This document shows positions 61,331-64,000 of a stretch of 64,000 nucleotides of DNA, one piece after another (the first letter of the stretch is position 1; each line of letters starts with the position of its first letter). The DNA comes from Perna viridis (lineage: Eukaryota): assembly GCA_037379345.1 (NCBI GenBank), contig CM074520.1:19137488-19201487 (forward strand). The letters are read 5' to 3'. The notes below the pieces were generated by a model, which was not told the DNA's origin, did no database searches, and saw nothing but the letters and a program-made list of their open reading frames with translations. The position numbers were made by a program, and so were the translations under genes.

Positions 61331-64000
61331 AGACATTTTATCATTTGTCAACTAAACCATTAGAAGGTAAAATAGCTGACATTAATTGATATTAAATTAA
61401 TAACCCTTATCAAAGTCGGCTTTGTGTCTTTAAAAAGTGATAGTTTAATCATTTCTTAAGACCTGTTGAAGTGTAATAATAAAATACAACAGACATAGTA
61501 TACAGTGTTGGTGTCATTTTTGGTAACGTCGAAATCGACAAAATTTGACGTCTTTTTTTGAAAATGCGACGTACATTGTTTTATAATTGTTAAATGTAAA
61601 AAGATGTGTGCGTATTTAAATGTTTACATACAATAACACACACGACATGTTTTATTATTTAATAATCCGATTCGACATTTTTCGTACATTTTGGTCAATT
61701 GCAATGATCAGATTACATCCTGATATGGTAAATAGTTTGGCATCAACCATTTAAAAATGATTTGAAGGAAATTTTATCCTACGAGAAAAATGTTAGGAAT
61801 TATGAAAACAAATTTCATGATACGCAAAAAAAAGTAAAACACCCTCACTAAAACAGAAACCCAACAAATCTACAGGCGAAAAAGGCAGTAGCACTCCCCC
61901 TTGAGAAAATTTGAGAGCGAAATCTCCCGTTTTTATTTTACGACGAAAAAAACTTGCGATAACTTTAGTTGTGGTTGACGAATTGTTCTGAAATGTTGAT
62001 ATGATTTTACCAACAACTAAGAAGATTCCTATTTAATTTGGACTTTGTTGCCCCTGCCGCTTTAGAAAAAGGGGGGAAAAAGGGTAAAAAATTTGTTAAA
62101 ACCCATGTAGATTGGTTTCTGTTTCGATTTTGAATATTCTATTTTGAATGTGTACTTTATTTAATTCGGCTAAATAAATGCACAGCAGATTTTATGTGTT
62201 TTGGACCGTTTTCAAGTTACAGGCGGTCAAAGTTTAGCAACGCCTAAAAACTTTTTCATAACTTTTTTTTTGAGTCCGATTTCGATTTTTTTTTATTTTA
62301 TTGGATTCTTCGTTGGATTCCTCATTAATATACCTGCTCATTAATAAACCTGCCTCCATTTTTCAATCAGATTTCGGTTATCTCTCACGGTTTTCGAGTT
62401 ATAAGGGTCAAAAAGGTCACACCAGAATAAATCATTTTTTTGTTTTGATTTTGGTCCGATTTGAAAAGAAAATCCAAAAAAAATATTTTTGAAATATTTG
62501 TACAGCTTATTATATCTTATAGCTAAAATAATTGTCAAGAGGTAATTAGATCATGAAATTCGTTGCACTTACAATATTTCACTTGCGAATGTGCAAGCGC
62601 GCGTCTACAAATTTCAAAATACTTTGATGCAGGCATGCTGATTCTGATTTCACCAGGACATCATTGCATATGAATAGACAGGAGTGCGCGCAAATGGGGG
62701 GAGGGTCCTTTTCCTGTTTTCTTTTCAACATTTCTTTCATTATTTTATCAGAAAATAAGTATTTAACGCTAAATACGTATTTTTTTTATTATTCATTACA
62801 TCCACAGTCGTAATAATTTAATCTTTCGTATAGTAACTTTTCAATACTTTCAATATATATACCCCATTCGTTAAGCCGATGAAAAAATGAAATGATAAAA
62901 CCATAGAGGAGGAAGAACACATTTTCATTTTTAGGTATGAAGAAATCGACACCATTTTAAACAATTCGTTCGAATTTCGCATGGTGTACGAATGAATAAA
63001 TACAATATACAAATTTTAAATGTTTTGGTTAGACACAGACGGAATGCTGCGCTTAGATATATGTTTTACCAAGTGCCATTATTTTAGAATATACTATTTG
63101 CAGCATATATACATGTAAAATTCAAAATTTCATAGTTATTAGTTCACTCAATGCTAACGAATAAAGCTTTTGATAAAGACAGGGTAGCACACAGCGTGTA
63201 GAAAACGTCGGGAAAAATACAACGTGACATCACAACATACGTACGTATTTATGTACTATTAGATAATAAAACTCATTATTTTTTAGAATAAACATGATAT
63301 TCCGAATATTTATAAAGTCCTTTAAGCGTGAATATACTTTGGTAAAAATATTATTCGTTGTTATATTTTACAACCGTAAGCAAGAAAGTAGCCAAAGGCC
63401 AACGTCGAAAAAATTAAGATTTGTGACATAATTGAAATACGGACAGAAAGGCTTTTAGCAAAAAGACTGATTGAAAATTCTATATATGTTTTCATTGGGG
63501 TTATGTAATCAATTGTCATTATAGTCCCGATTAAAAAAAGCCGTTCGCATAACTTAAAAAATTGTCTAAAATTTTGTCTTCAAATCGGTTTCTTTCCATT
63601 TTTACAATGTCCACATCAAAGGGGAGACATTTGTGATATTGTAATACAATTTGACCTTATCATTACGTCATGAAAAATATGACATCGTTTGCAGCACAAA
63701 CTGCTCATTCCAAAAAAGTTTGTCTTTTTTTTCAAACTACGCCACGAAACAACTTAGATATATTGGTGAAATGGGAAGTAAGCATTTCTTAATGTTACCC
63801 GTTCACATGTGAAAATGGACGCACTTGTGATCAAATCATGCTTTCTCTCCACAATTAACGGCATCTTTCAAAGATTTATGATTGTAATCCTAAAACAACA
63901 ACCATTTTCGATCATTTTAATATCTATATTGCCTTTGATAACTCCACATTCTAATAGCAATATTTCATTTTTCGTAACCAGCCCCTGTTCAATCGAATGC

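Noticed and set aside
61450-63750. Large non-autonomous DNA transposon (repeated CGGTTTTCGAGTTA-like blocks)
   Set aside because: Probably repeat-derived, but I could not define termini or a family, so it is not listed as a feature.

Overview
AT-rich eukaryotic DNA, most likely a bivalve mollusc (inferred from the repeat families and gene content), with one 130-N assembly gap. No prokaryotic operon or CRISPR signal. Host coding sequence is sparse: the last exon of a CCK/sulfakinin-type GPCR (1378-1997) and a stop-interrupted terminal exon of a 'short-chain collagen C4-like' gene (37185-37648). The rest is a mobile-element mosaic. (1) About nine pieces of a Penelope-like element whose RT is C-terminal (Naiad-like), with a precise 3' end and a conserved multi-stem 3' RNA structure. 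(2) A canonical Penelope-type element with an inverted pseudo-LTR carrying a hammerhead core. (3) An ISL2EU-like transposon with an intact THAP exon and the start of a convergent SAP-like gene. (4) A deleted hAT element, tRNA-SINEs and several MITEs. (5) A 2.3 kb array of a 37-bp monomer with shuffled variants, fused directly to an RT fragment. The best leads are the structured 3' RNA of the Naiad-like family, the RT-abutting array, the ISL2EU THAP/SAP element and a structured GC-rich island at 27.8-28.3 kb. Family names come from motif recognition by eye; no database searches were run.
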